A DNA stretch of 64,000 nt from the NCBI GenBank assembly GCA_023213395.1, contig CM041465.1:5270001-5334000 (forward strand), read 5' to 3'. The notes beneath the pieces are model-generated. The model was not told the origin of the DNA. It saw nothing but the letters and a program-made list of their open reading frames with translations, and ran no database searches. Positions 1 to 13,243 of the stretch are shown here, in pieces (position 1 is the stretch's first letter; each line of letters starts with the position of its first letter). Made by a program: the position numbers and the translations under genes. Source of the stretch: Cycas panzhihuaensis (taxonomy: Eukaryota > Plantae > Cycadophyta).

Positions 1-278
1 GAGAGTATCACAACACAATCTTTATAAAAAGTTACATCAAGTTGATCATCATTTATAATTTATGACCCTTATATAGACAAAAGTGGGTCTTTCGCATACA
101 ATCTTATTGGTGGCCTAAGCGGCCTTACATTCTATTGGATGGCATAACGACCTTACATACCATTGGCCAACTTATTTGCTCATGCACAACATTCCACAAT
201 TAACTTTATCTCTTAACCTCCTAATAGCTCTCTGTATAATAGTATTTTACATAATTTAGCATGATGAGTTATGTAACA
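1..278 (-). repeat. LTR (partial, cut by window edge) of the Reina-like chromovirus family; 5' LTR of an upstream element or a solo LTR
   Basis: Ungapped match to 7681-7958 (about 39 mismatches in 278 by hand count, ~86%). Ends ...ATGTAACA (TGTTACAT on minus). No PPT adjacent at 279. Confidence 0.85.
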
Positions 279-3200
279 TAAACTATGGTTTGAGGCATTT
301 TTGTGAATACTTGCTACGACTTTAAGGAGTACTAATTTTTCTTTAATTTTATGTTAATTTGACTATGACTTTAAGATTTTTAATCAAATTTATGAGGTTG
401 AAAGATTTGCCATTTTTTTCATCTCATTTTAACTACTATTTTTTCTTTTTTTCTTATTTAAAAAAATTATCCATGTGCTTTTGCGAAAGTTAATAGTTTT
501 TAAGCTATGGTTTGTTTTGTGTTTATCTTTAATTTTGCCTAGTTTTAAGGATAGATTGCAAGGCTTATCGACTAAGAAGTAAAACTTTTTGAAGCCTGGT
601 TAAGGCATTGTTAGTTATTTTTGGTAGAAATAAATTTTGTTCTAAGTTTGCTTTTTTTAGTTACAAAGTTTGAAGATTATTCAATGATGGTTTTTGTCAT
701 ATTTTAAATAAAATTTGGGTAGATATGATGATATCTTTCAAGGCATCATTGAAGGTTTTTTGATGGTGCATTCTGAAGCTTTGAAGGTATATTAAGAAGC
801 ATTTTCTTTAATTTTGTGCAATGTTCAATGGTATTTTAGTTTTTTCTCCTTTTAATATTGATTACAAAGATGAAGCATTTGAATATAACAGCTGAAGTAT
901 TTTTCTTAATTCAACATTGTTGAAGCTCATAAAGCCATGTTTCAAAGCATTTTCATTGTTTTCCCTTATCAAAATCTTGACTTAATTACATTGTTGAAGG
1001 TTTTCGTAGTTTGCCTTTGAAGTCTTATTTTGAAACCATGGCATAAAGTATTTTCTTTAATTTTTTGCAATCCTCAACAAGCTTAATCCATATTTAATCT
1101 GTAGAACTTAGTTATCTCCTGGAAGCTTGTAGTTGGAGTTTGATTAATTACTTATGGATGGTTATATGGTGATACATGGATTGGATACTAGCTGGTTTAA
1201 AACCTAACCTTAGTTATTTTGCATCCTCAATTGCCAAAGGTGTTGGTACTGGTACAATTATTATGGATATTTTATCACTCTAATTTACAAAATGTAAATC
1301 TCAAGTTTTGCAAAATCTCCTCGAAACCTTGATCGTTGTCTAAAAAGGGTTTAAGGCAAATACTACATGCATCATCGCATGTCCCAGGCTCTCTATTTAC
1401 TTCCAACATTTGAGGTGCGTCGATGCATCATAGAAGGACTTGTCTAAAGGGTTGAGATCTCTACATGTCGTTTGTATCCACATCTTCTTTGTCTGGTGAA
1501 CTTGACATGAACCTTTAATCATCGATGCATCTTCTCTCTAGATTTTAGTTATCGAGTTCTATAAGTTATCAATTTTTAATTGGCATTTTTTTATTCTCTT
1601 TTATTTTTTATTATAAATATATTTATTTTTTCCTGAGAATATTTATGCAAGTAGTGCACCCTCCCCCATCATTCAAAATCGATCAGTATTGATTGACGTT
1701 TACATTTAAAAGATTAAATTTTTATATATAAAGTTTTGTGTGAAAGTGCTTGCTTCAATATACTATAACTGTCTATTTTATTGATGAAACTAGGGCTTAT
1801 GAATGCTCATTCTATCCATCTCTAAGTCATCTAGCCAGCAGAGAAGACAAATCTAGATTGCATCAATTTGTTTAAGAGAAATCCTCTCTAGATTGCCAGT
1901 ATATCTATCCATTTATGTAAACCCTATCTTGCGATTAAATTTTATTTATTTTTATTGATTTATTTTATTTTTTTAAAGTTTTAATTCAATTTCATTTAAT
2001 TTAAATTATTTTGAGTTTTGGGCATGTAACTTGGCATTATCCCCATTTTGACCCTAGCCCACGATCCTATTTGCTCCATATGACCTTCTTTTTGGTAGAT
2101 TTTAAATAACAATAAGTTATAATTTATAAATTTTGATTATTTAAAAATTATATTTTATATTTTATATTTTCTGAAGTCCTAACACCCCTTCAGGCCTTAT
2201 CATCTATTCATATTAACTCCCAGGTGACCAGACCTTATTGATCAAAGGGGCTTAGCCCCCCTCCTTCTTGGTTTTGATTCTTAAAAGAAGTTCTTAGACA
2301 ATTTCTTTAATATCTTGAGTTTTAGAACTCTGTTTTCTAAATGGTTGGATCTGTTGGAAATATTTTTTGATTCTCTATGTATTGGAATATGTTTCATTAT
2401 AATCTGAAACTATTTTATAGGTCTTTGAAGCTAGTATAGTTAAGGTCTTGATTTGGCCATAGTTAAATAAGTTTTTGAATATTTAAAGTAAAATTTTCAT
2501 ACAAATTCAATATATTTATTTAATATTAAGCTAATAATTAGTTTATTAGAGATTTTGATTATTTTTAGAGGCTCGCAATTATTTTTTGCAGCCATATGGT
2601 TCTATTTAGGCCTCTTAAGGTGAAGAAGCCTTCCTTGGAACAAAATTATTAAATTGGTGAATTTTAACACCTTACAACTATACTTTTAAGCTTTCATTTT
2701 ATCTTTTAGCTTATAAATTTAATTCAAAGATCTTCTAAATTTTATTTATTGCTTATTTTAAGTAAATTATTATTTGTTTTAAGGCATTCATTTAAGGTTT
2801 ATTCCATAAGCATATTTCAAGTATACATGCATATTTCTTTGATAAAAAAGAGCTTATATTTACTCTTAATAATTTCATCTATATAATGAAGGTTTATTTG
2901 ACTTTATTTCAAACATTCAAAGCATTTTCAAGGTTCATTCTATTTCATATAAGCATTCAAAACACTTCACTCTTTTTTAAAGCTTATTTAAACTCTCATG
3001 GAAGTTATCTTACAAATAGTATTCTTAAATCTAACTTGAAAGATATATTTTCCTTTATTATCAAGCTATTTTTCATTGATTTATGAAGGCATTTATTTGA
3101 AAGATAGTATATATATTTCAAATTATCTTTGGCTCATTTTAGGCCTTTACCTTTAAGGTTAATATATAAATCACTTGAAAGAATCATTGATTATTTTTAG

Positions 3201-3396
3201 TTTCATTTCAAAGGAAAGCATTTATCTTGCTCTATTCTAAGAAGATATATATTACCTAGTTGCATTCTTTACATTTATTAAGACAGAAAATTGTTAAAAG
3301 AATATGTAAAATAGCATTTAGTATATAATTTATGTTATTCCTTTCATTTATTCATTGAGATAATACATTGAGTTTATGCATTAAAAGTATTTTGCA

Positions 3397-4130
3397 GTGA
3401 CAAAGAACTTTGATAACATAAAGTTTACCATATTTGATTAGACTAATTTTTACATTTAGAGATACATATTGAAAATACATTTTATGGTAAATGACCTTTG
3501 GAGATTTGTAAAGCATGGTTACTTAAAAGATGAACAAATTTTTAAAGAAAATTAAAAAAAGGATAATAAAATCTTAGTATTAATATTTTATACAATAAAT
3601 AATAATGTACTCACTCATGTTATGATATGACCACATCCAAATCTGTTTGGGATACCCTAGATTCACTCTATTAGGGGGGGGTGGGGGTTTAGAATTAAAT
3701 AAATTTAACTATATTAATGATGTGTTTCATGTGAGACAGATGGTGGAATACATGACTTTTGTTGAAAAGACTAATGATGCATATAATTTTGAAGTTTTCA
3801 ATAAGAGTAATGAACATAATATTTCATTTGATGAGGCTACATGCACATTTAACCTAATTGACTCTCATCAAGAAGACAAAGTCAAAGATAAATACACTGT
3901 AACTCTTTTGAAGTAAGTCATACCTATATTTGTACCACACTTTGTTGAAGACTATTTTGTAAGGACGACATTATAAGATGATGACTACTTCAAAGTTGAT
4001 GACTACATTAAGGATAAAGACAAAGATACAAGACATGAGTTCAATCACCTTTTCAAAGTATTCCTAAAATATCCATACCATAAGTTAAAAGAGAAGTTGA
4101 AGATGAATGTGATGAATATTAAGGGGGACT
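3397..4130 (+). pseudogene. gag: Degenerate Copia gag N-terminus plus D/K-rich tail (element A ORF)
   Basis: Reads ..NDLWRFVKHGY..KKDNKILVLIF..TTSKSVWDTLDSLY with stops and frameshifts. Continues in ORF 3647-3916 and ends YHKLKEKLKMNVMNIKG at the PPT. Confidence 0.7.
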
Positions 4131-4131
4131 A

Positions 4132-4554
4132 TGCTGGGATTAATATTCCTCACCTAACTCCCACCATTGGGAACATGTGAAGTGCACACATCTTCATGGT
4201 AAGTTAAGGTAATATTATTTTATTATGCATTGTTATTATTATAATGCTTTGTTATTATTTTATATTATTTTAAATTTATAGGTTGAGGAGGATTCCCTCC
4301 TTCCTCTTAAGTATATATTTTATGGGGTTCAAAACCTTGGTGTTCATAAACACCACATTCAACAAAGGATTTTTGGATGTACCCTTCAAAGATGGATTAA
4401 TACAATGATCTTTTAAATGTGCACTCTCAATATGGCTTAAATACTAGTTTTGATTTGTATGTTCATTTGCTCCTTTCTATTCTCCATACTCCAACATTTG
4501 GTCTAAGAGCTAAATCTCACTAATATTTGGTATTAGAGCTAGATCTCTCCAACA
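4132..4554 (+). repeat. 3' LTR of element A
   Basis: TG start just after the PPT, TATATA at ~4312, ends CCAACA. Homologous to 25465-25849 and to the reverse complement of the Copia E LTRs. Confidence 0.75.
4497..4554 (+). repeat. Two tandem 29-bp units, each a tRNA-iMet PBS-like sequence followed by an LTR-terminus-like end
   Basis: TTTGGTCTAAGAGCTAAATCTCACTAATA / TTTGGTATTAGAGCTAGATCTCTCCAACA; compare the PBS TGGTATCAGAGC. Confidence 0.7.
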
Positions 4555-4850
4555 TTCTTAGGTGGGCACATCACTATTTTAATTGCCCATTTTGCTCCAT
4601 GAGGTTTTTTCTTTGAGTCGTGGCTCCTTAAACGTGTTATCCCATGCCTAGGATTTCTAACAATGGTCTAATGTAGGATGGGCACCTTTGTGGAGTGTTG
4701 TTGGGTACTATGAATTCTTCCTGTCTAGTTGGATTTATATACTTTAGTATCCACTAATTGGTAACTCTTAAAATGGGTATCCTTCACTATGTTGTATCTA
4801 GCATAATGCTTCTTAGTATTTAACCTCTGCCATTGACATCTAATATCTTA

Positions 4851-5565
4851 TGGGATGGGGTGAATGTAGTGGGCATCTTTATTGATGAGCAACATTCCTA
4901 TGACTTCAATCAAGCTCCTAATTGTGAGTAATCTTTAAGGAAAATTTGATGAAAAACATGGTATTAAATCTATTTTACTGAATTTCAACATCCACCACAT
5001 ATTGTATATATATTCCTTTAATTATTAATAAAAGATTAGCTCTGATTAACAATAGATATTGTTGAAATCTACTTTTGTTCTTTTTTTTTGTTTGCTCATC
5101 CATTTCCTTCTTTTTATTTCTCCTTTGTTTCTTCATTCTTCACTTATCCACCTACACATTATAAGATCAAGACTCCATTGACTAAATTTAATATGTAAGA
5201 GAGATGGGTTAGGATATGGGAGAGATAACAAAATCAAATCACTAGATAAAGGAATTCTAAGTACTCTATTAAACTTCCTTTATATAAAGAATAACATGAT
5301 ATCAACTCTATGTATAATGATTAAATCTATAACTCTCTAAAATGTTAAATTGTCTTATTATTAATCATTACTAAATCCATCAATTACTTATTTAAGTAGC
5401 ATCTTTCCATATGATGTTGGTGAACCTATACTAGTATATACAACAATATACTATATGTCATTTAGACTAAGTTTTACCATGCATGGAGTCATCCATTTAG
5501 TTTGCATTTTAATGTTACCTTGTAGGTATTACTAAAAGCCTAAGGTGATTATTTTACACCCTACA
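4851..5565 (+). repeat. Possible PPT plus 3' LTR of an old Gypsy element
   Basis: TGGGATGGGGTGAA followed by TGTAGTGG (4865); candidate end ...ACACCCTACA (5565) gives TGTAG..CTACA termini. No partner LTR in the window. Confidence 0.3.
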
Positions 5566-7570
5566 ATATATCTATATATATATATATATAACCTAAATGA
5601 TTCATTAAATTAATAGTTATGTCATTCCTTATGAATCAATACATAATAATTATAGACACACTATTTGTTTAAGTTATTAAATAGATTGTAACATGCTTCA
5701 TTCGATGATAATCTCATATTTCACAATGTCATAAGCCTACATTTTTGACCCATCACATCTTTATTAATCATTAATAGGCTTAAGGAATGTTGATCAATAG
5801 TTCAATGACCTAATTTGCATCTAGAACTGACTATGATTGTGATTATTTATCACCCAATCCCATTTCTTAACACACAAAAATGCATAATAGTTACTTTATC
5901 CTTATGCATCTTAATTTATGATATCACATATTGTATTAACTACTTGTAATTGTCTTATAGTCCATTCACTTATTTGACAATGCCTTATTAAATTTATTTA
6001 TTAGTTATCAATAAGAGTCTTCCTTGTTGATTCTATTATATATGTAATCATCATTATTATAAATGTCATTATAATAGCCAATCTTATGACCTATTATTAG
6101 TTGATGAGATTAATAGATTTAGTTCAAATTATTGAATGATTTCCTCATAAATTCAAAGCAATATGTCATGATCATAGACATATCTCATTATCTTTTATCC
6201 TTTAAGAGATGCATATTTGTTTAACACAAATAATTAGTTGATTAATAACATCATTATTTTGAGTGTATGAAGTTTTATTAAAATGTTTAATTTGTTTAGT
6301 ATGTGTTAATTTGAGGTGAAGTAACATCCTCTATGGTTATTTTAGTTGCTCCATTGAATAATGGTTTTTGTTTGAATCCTTATTTTGTTCTAATTTTATA
6401 AGCAATGATCACCCTTTTTATTAATGTGTTAACATGCCTTTAACCTTAATTTTCTTGCCTTAAGTTACTATTGTGTAATATATTCATTGATGTATGAATG
6501 ATTATCTACTCATAAATGCTTAATTCATTTTGTTTTCATAGAAAATAACGGTCTTTAATTAATTAGATTTGCTTTTGATTTGAAGTTCATACTATACAAG
6601 GTTTAAAATTTGTTTCTCTTGGTTCTATTCTTGATGACCGTGTGTAGAGTGTCATAATAAAGGGGTGTAGGTTAAGCACTTTATACATAGAAGCTTAAGG
6701 GTTTGAGTCTTATTGACTCACCCTTTACAATTTCATACATATGCACTAGTTTAATTATATTCCTTTTATTACATTTTATATACATTTAAAATAATGTGAT
6801 TATACCAAATTTGGAACACTAATACACCATAGTTTTAACTAATTCTTGATGAATATTTAGATGAATAGGTGTATATAATTATGTACTAAAATATCATATT
6901 TATTTAAAGTGAAAACTAGGCATATCACTTGACATTTAAATAAATGAGAATACACTTTATTTGGTTATGATTTTAATCACATCATTTTATGAAAATTCTG
7001 ACACAATTACACTTTGTTTTTAAATAGATTTTTAGTGGATATTTGATGTAGGAAACCTAAACAAATATTCACCTAGGATTATGTAATTTTAATGGGAAAA
7101 ATAAACCATTTTTAGTGTGTTTTATCATGAATATTACATACCCTATTTCAACATATGACATCCACCATTAAATAATTGAAAACATCCCTCTTTTTACCTA
7201 TTATTAAGGTAAAATAATAACTTGTTTTGGTTAATTTTTTTACGAATAAATGATCTAATAACTATATGCATATACCCCTTTAAAATCACAACACCTTAGA
7301 GATAAAACCAACCATTAAACATATTTTAAAATAAATATTGAATGAAACATGCTGATATACCATAATGACCTTTAATTGCATCAAATCAAACTTCACGTTT
7401 CATATGAATTTTGATGAATAAAACTTAATTAAAATACATTGAGGAAATGATAGTTCTTTCACTCATTTTTAAGTCCTTATTTTTCACTTTATTTTCATAA
7501 TATCAAACTTAACATTTGTAGTTTTTTTTTAAGAAATAAAAATGGGACATTTCTTCTCACAAGTACTCCT

Positions 7571-7958
7571 TGAGATAGCAAAAAAATGACAATCATAACT
7601 ACTTCATTCTATCCAATAGGGCAAATAAATTAACAGAGAATCTCACAAGAATACAAGAGTGCTAAATGATCACCAAAATAAAGAGTATCATAGTATAATC
7701 TTTATAAAAAGTTACATCAAGATAACCATAATTTACAATTTATAACTCTTATATAGACAAAAGAGGGTCTTTCACATGCAATCCTATTTGTGGGCTAAGC
7801 GGCGTTACATTCTATTGGATGACATAACGGCCTTACATACCATTGGCTAACTTATTGGCTCATGTACAAAGTTTTATAATTAACCTTATCTCTTAACATC
7901 CTAATAACTCTCTGTATAACAATGTTTTACATAACTTAGTTAGATGAGTTATGTAACA
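7571..7958 (-). repeat. 3' LTR of the Reina-like element
   Basis: Begins TGTTACAT on minus directly after the PPT; matches 1-278. Left end at TGAGATAG (7571) is inferred. Confidence 0.75.
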
Positions 7959-7999
7959 GGTCCCCTCCCCTGAGATGTTGAGTCCTCTTGGCATGTGAA

Positions 8000-8140
8000 A
8001 TGTATATGTTTTTTAATAAAATCATTAGATTCCCAAGTTACTTCATCTGAGTTACAACCTGCCCACTATATCAAATATTTTGAGATGGACTGATTCTAGA
8101 GATAGTGTTGTTTGGTAGCTAGTATACGTTGTGGAGGTAG
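8000..8140 (-). pseudogene. Chromodomain at the integrase C-terminus (degenerate)
   Basis: Minus-strand translation PQRILATKQHYL*NQSISKYLI*WAGCNSDE-TWESNDFIKK: YLIxW and TWE chromodomain motifs. Confidence 0.8.
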
Positions 8141-10580
8141 AGACAAGGTTTACTCTTTATCTAGAATTGGAAGGGTTGTGTGGGTGATATGGGTTTTGTT
8201 TATACACTTTTGAGGACAAGATAAGAGAAAAACATTATGGATGTTGGTGGTGTGGAGAAGGTTGAGAGCATATGCAACTTCACCAATACATTTAAGGACT
8301 TTATAGGGGCCATAATATTAAGGGCTAAGTTTGTGGTTCTTATGATGGCAAAGGGATCATTGCTTATAAGGTTGGAGATGAAGGAATACAAGATCACCAA
8401 TATTGAAGAAGCGATCAGAGAGATAGTGGTCTACTAATTTTTTTATTTGATTCTGGGCCATGGATAGGTTTTATTTAAGGGTGTGGAGAATTTGGTCCAT
8501 ATATTGCAGTTTTTGTTGTACTTCTGCCTTACAGAGGTTGGTAGCCAAGGTATGGTGGGATGGTAGAGGATACTTATAGAGATCCAAAAATGAAGACATT
8601 CCAATGGTTGAATAATGTGAGGAGTTGTACCAGTACTCTATTAGGGCTAGCCATGATATCCATTTAGATTGGTGGTCAGATATAAATCAACATAAGTAGG
8701 TCTCCATAGTTTTATTTAAGGACCTCAGATTGGCCATCAGTTTATGGATGATATGCCAAACTCATATTGAATGATGTTCCTAATGCATGAAATAACCCTT
8801 GTCAGAAGGAGCTAATAAATTTAGGGTCGCAGTCATATACGATAGTGGATAGAAAACCGTACAAATGAAATATTATCTAGATGTAAATGTTAGCAATATG
8901 TAGAGCCTTATAGGTTGTGTGGATAGGTAAGAAGTGGGCATATTTTATCAACCTATCTATGACTACTAAAATAGAATCATATCCAACAGATAGTGGTAAG
9001 CTCATTATAAAGTGCATGGCAATATCTTGCCATTTACCTTGTGGGATGTGCAATGATTGAAGGAGGCCTAGTTGGAGTTTCGTATTGACTTTGTTACATT
9101 AGCATGTGTCACATTCCAAGATAAATGTAAGGATGGTGGATTTCATTTTTGGCCAAAAGAAGTTAGAATGTATCCTATGATAAGTTTTATTAAAACCAGA
9201 ATGACCATCAAGAGGGGAAGAATGATATTCTGATAAAATTCATAGAATAAAAGCTGAGTGGAGGTGTACAAATATGTGATTTTAGTATAAGAGAAGATTA
9301 TTATGGATGGACCAATCCTTATGAGTTTGGACCTTATTGGTCCAGTGTGAGAAATCTGGTTGGGTTTGGTTAACTGTGGCTAAGTCCTGTATCCATGTCA
9401 AGAAATGGCATAAATGGTGTGGTCCTCAGTGGGATCGATGTTATCATTAAGTGTAGGGGAGGGTAGCCTTAAAAGAGCATCTACCACAATGTTATCTTTC
9501 CCCTTTTTATATGTGATTATAAAATCAAAAACTTGGAGGTGGTTGAACTATTTAGCTTGCTCTTTCGAGAGGACAGGTTGATCTAATAAGTGGCAAAGGC
9601 TATGATGATAAACGAGGATAGTAAATTTAGAACTAAGTAGATATTATTACCATTTGTCAATAGCATAGAGGATGGCCTACATTTCTTTTTGATAGGTAGA
9701 TAGTCTATACTCATGATCTTTGAGTTTTTGACTTTCAAAGGTGATGGGGTAGAAGTCCTACATTAAGACTGCACCTAATTCAAACTCAAAAGTATTTCAT
9801 TCTAATTGGAAAGGCCAAGTAAAATCAGGAGAGGCCAAAACTAGGTTGGTTATCATGAGCTCCTTTAGATGGAGGAAGGTCTCATTAGCTAAGGGAGACA
9901 ATTGGAAGGAATCCTTTTGAAGTAAGTGGGTTAAAGGGGTGATTAGTATGGCATAATGTTGAACGAACTGACGATAGAATCTGGTAAGCCCTAGGAAAGC
10001 CTGCAATTGGGTTAGAAGTTTTGGGGTTGGCCAATTGGTGATGAAAGAGATTTTATCAAGATCCACCTGAACCCCTGCAAGGGATGTAATATAACCAAGG
10101 TATTGTAGTTCAGATTTCCTAAACTTACATTTAGAGAGCATAGCATGCAATTTATTCTCAGCCAGGATTTGAAGGATCGTTTCTAGATGTGGGATATAAG
10201 CAGACATGATTGAGCTATAGATAAGAATATCGTCGAAGAAGACAATGATAAATTTTCATAGGTATAGGGAAAAGATCTTGTTCATGAGGGCCTAAAGGGT
10301 GGCAGAAGTATTATATAGGCCAAAGGGCATGACCTATAACTCAAAGTGGCCATGGTGGGTTCGTAAAGCCATTTTATATTGATCGTCTGGCAAGATAGGG
10401 ATTTGGTAATATCCTAATTATAAATCAAGTTTGGTAAAAATTGTAGCACCATGGATCTCATCTAACATGTCATCGATTCATGGCGTGGGGAACTTATTTT
10501 TTATGGTGATTATATTGAGTCCATGATAGTCAATACAAAGTTAGAAAAAGCCATCCTTTTTGTGAACTAAAATGATGAGT
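8140..10580 (-). pseudogene. pol: Gypsy pol remnant (RT, RNase H, integrase) with many stops
   Basis: Conserved motifs in Gypsy order RT-RH-INT; numerous TAG/TAA substitutions. Confidence 0.85.
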
Positions 10581-11799
10581 ACCATATTACTCTTATCTAT
10601 GTCTAATTTCTAAATTCACCATGGGTTCTAAAGCTAGGATTCAATCCTCTTCATTAATAAATCTTAATACTAATGTTACTACAACTTGGTTCTGATGTCT
10701 TACTTATGTTAGAACATCTTCCCTAGTCATACTAACATTTGTGTTGGGTATGCCAATCATACCCCTTAATTTACCCAAATTTTATAATAAACCCAATGAA
10801 GACCCTTAAAAATATATTGATGCATTTCTTAATATTAGAAAAGTTTATCATGATTCTATATAGATGGGACTATTTTCACATACCATTTTAGTGGATTCTA
10901 TTATATATTAGTTTACTAAACTCTTACTAAAATTTATTAATGACTGTAAAGAACTGTTAGGAAATTTCCTTAATAATTTTGCCCTTCTTAAAGCTAAAGA
11001 TGATAATCTTCATATCCTACTGAGCTATAAACAAACTCTACATTAGTCTATTGGTTAACATATAAAAAACTTTAAATCTTTTCTTCAAAATCACCTCAAG
11101 ATTGAGCTTTAATGAGGGTTTATATGACTCAGATAGATGAAGAGCTGGAGGCAATAGGCGTAACCTGGTTAGGCTTGGCAGTGCCACTACGGGGAGAAGG
11201 ATCTTTTAGTATGATTAGAGCTTTACCAGTTAAAAGATCAGGCTCGAGGTAGCCATTTCACTGAGCTTATGATGTTCATCCCTTCTTAGACTAAGGATGA
11301 TAGCTAACAAATCATGCATAGGGTTTAAGAGGGAGGGACAAAGGATGCAGAAGATCCTCGAGTAGTTGTAACTCCCACCTAGTCTCAAACCTATCTGTAG
11401 TTCCTCATTTAGAAGAGGGGAACAAGTACCATAGATTAAAGACAGAAGGAAAGACCCTGACAGAGGGGCCAATCTTGAAGTTGAAATGAAGGTGTAGAGG
11501 GAAATAATAGTAACCACCTCAAAGCTATGAAAGTGGTTTTAATGTGTTAGAGGAGATGAACGGTAGCAGCGAGTGACCTGTTGAGCTAGGGAGGACGAAG
11601 ACTGGTTCTCTGTGGAGACAGTGACTTAGAGCTCACTACAGGGTTTCCGTATGGAGGGGCGTTGAGTCCTCCGAATAAGGTGAATGAGGAGAGGTAACTC
11701 CTCAATCGAGACTAACCAGGGTTGGTGGCAAGACTGTAGCCTATAGGGCAGAAGAAGGGATCCTTTAGAACTCGAGATGTAGACAGAGTCATGGGCAGA

Positions 11800-13133
11800 T
11801 TAGTCAGTTTTAGATCGAAAGAATGCACCGTGTATAAAATAGAGGCAATAAAGGATGGATGCCATAAGGGTTTTCTAAAGTCGACGCTCAATCCATACAT
11901 GATATATGAATAGAGATCTTAAAAAACCAAAGGTATGAGGGTGAGATCTATGATCCTGGGAAGCTACACTTTGTATTTTATGTTTGTTGAGTTTTTTCAA
12001 AAATGGAAAAAGAACCTATATCCTCAAATCAAATTTCAAACCCTCCTTAGGGAAGATCCTACTTAGAAGTCCTCAAATCAAGAGAGGATGAAACTTTTGA
12101 TTTAATCCCCATGTCTCAAGATGACCAAATCAGACTGAGAGTACCTAAGAAGCTGGTGGAAAAGATGGAAAAACTGTGGGAAAATTTCCTGGTTGGTAGA
12201 TTTTTTGGACCTAGACTAGGGCTGGAAATCATAAGGAGCTGGACTAGGAGTAGATGGAAGATTCTCATGGAAGTAATAGCCATTCCTAAAGGATGTGTAC
12301 TATTTAAATTCACCTCATAAGAAGACATGGTTAATATATTGTTAAAAGCACCCTAGATGCTGGGAAGGAAAGCCTTACTGCTGGAAAAGTGGCATAACGA
12401 TTTTGACCCATTAGTTGATGTAGTAAAGCAAGCACTGGTATGGATCCAAATGTCTAGCCTTCCCCTCCAACTATGGAATATGGATATTATCAAAGAGATG
12501 ACAAAAGTAATAGGGCCCCTTTTGGCTATCGACTCAACTACTAGAAATAGAAGCAGACTGATAAGTGCCAAGTTCTGTGCCTTGGCTAGGATTCGCAAAA
12601 TACTTATAGGAAATGTATGGATTGATCTGGAGGAGGGAAGTAGAAACCAACCTTTAATTTATGAAGTGGAAAACTTGAGATGTTTAGCATGTAGAAGGAT
12701 GGGACATTTACCCTAGAATTATCTTGGGATCAGAAAAGAGGAGGAGGATCGGTAGGAGGAGAAAAATACTAACAATAAAAATCATGAGGAGATGGAGACA
12801 CAAGAGAGACCTAACATCAAAGACGTTATGGTGGATAAGCTAGATTTTAATCCAAAACTATGGGACACCCTAGAAGAGGGTAAAGAGGTCCAAGAAAAAG
12901 AGAAGGATGGTCACCCTAGGGAAAGTTGAGAGGAAGATAGAAATGAGAAAATGGAATCACCAAGGAACAAGGATGAGGGAGAAATAATAGAAGAGAGAGT
13001 TACCTTGGGGGAGCTTAGGGAGATGGGGCAGAAGGTGGTGGTGGATGTAGGGTCAGAGAGGAGAGTGGGTAGGCCCCTACTCAAGATCCTTAGAGAGAGG
13101 GAAGTGGCACTCCAAGTAGATCAGGGAAATTAG
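11800..13133 (+). pseudogene. LINE-1 ORF1 (DUF4283 plus zinc knuckle), disrupted
   Basis: ORFs 12111-12320 (LVGRFFGPR..PKGCVLFKF) and 12357-12716 (LEKWHNDFDP..VWIQMSSLPL..CLACRRMGH). Start is approximate. Confidence 0.85.
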
Positions 13134-13243
13134 AAGACCCTAAAGGATGGTTTCCTGGAAGGGCCAAGATTAAGATCTAGAGATGAGGGTCGAGAAGCGC
13201 ATAGAGAGGACCCAAGGGAGATCTGGAAACCAAGGAGAAAGAG

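Larger units (their letters stand above)
279..4554 (+). mobile_element. Non-autonomous gag-only Copia-derived LTR element A (TR-GAG/LARD-like); 5' end not in window
   Basis: Long AT-rich leader, degenerate Copia gag N-terminus at ~3400-3670, no pol, PPT AAGGGGGAC at 4121-4129, then an LTR starting TGCTGGGATTAAT. Same layout as element D. Confidence 0.7.
7571..10580 (-). mobile_element. Ty3/Gypsy chromovirus (Reina-like), 5'-truncated: RT-RNaseH-INT-chromodomain, PPT, 3' LTR
   Basis: RT motifs LVHKKDG..LCIDY and FIIVFFDDILIYS (~10215-10252), ORF 9797-10207, integrase GPY/F region (..LQPYKQ..KLSP.YYGPYKVL), chromodomain, PPT AGGGGAGGGGACC at 7959-7971. Left LTR boundary is approximate. Confidence 0.88.

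Noticed and set aside
1140-1930. Slightly GC-richer patches in the leader of element A as captured gene fragments
   Set aside because: No recognisable protein motif in the frames read by eye; cannot be supported without a search.
3674-3688. G-runs here and at ~46584-46595 as G-quadruplex elements
   Set aside because: Simple homopolymer expansions, not conserved in the related copy.
1-7958. 1-278 and 7681-7958 as the two LTRs of one element enclosing 279-7570
   Set aside because: The PPT and pol lie to the right of 7958; no PPT follows 278 and no convincing PBS precedes the second LTR.
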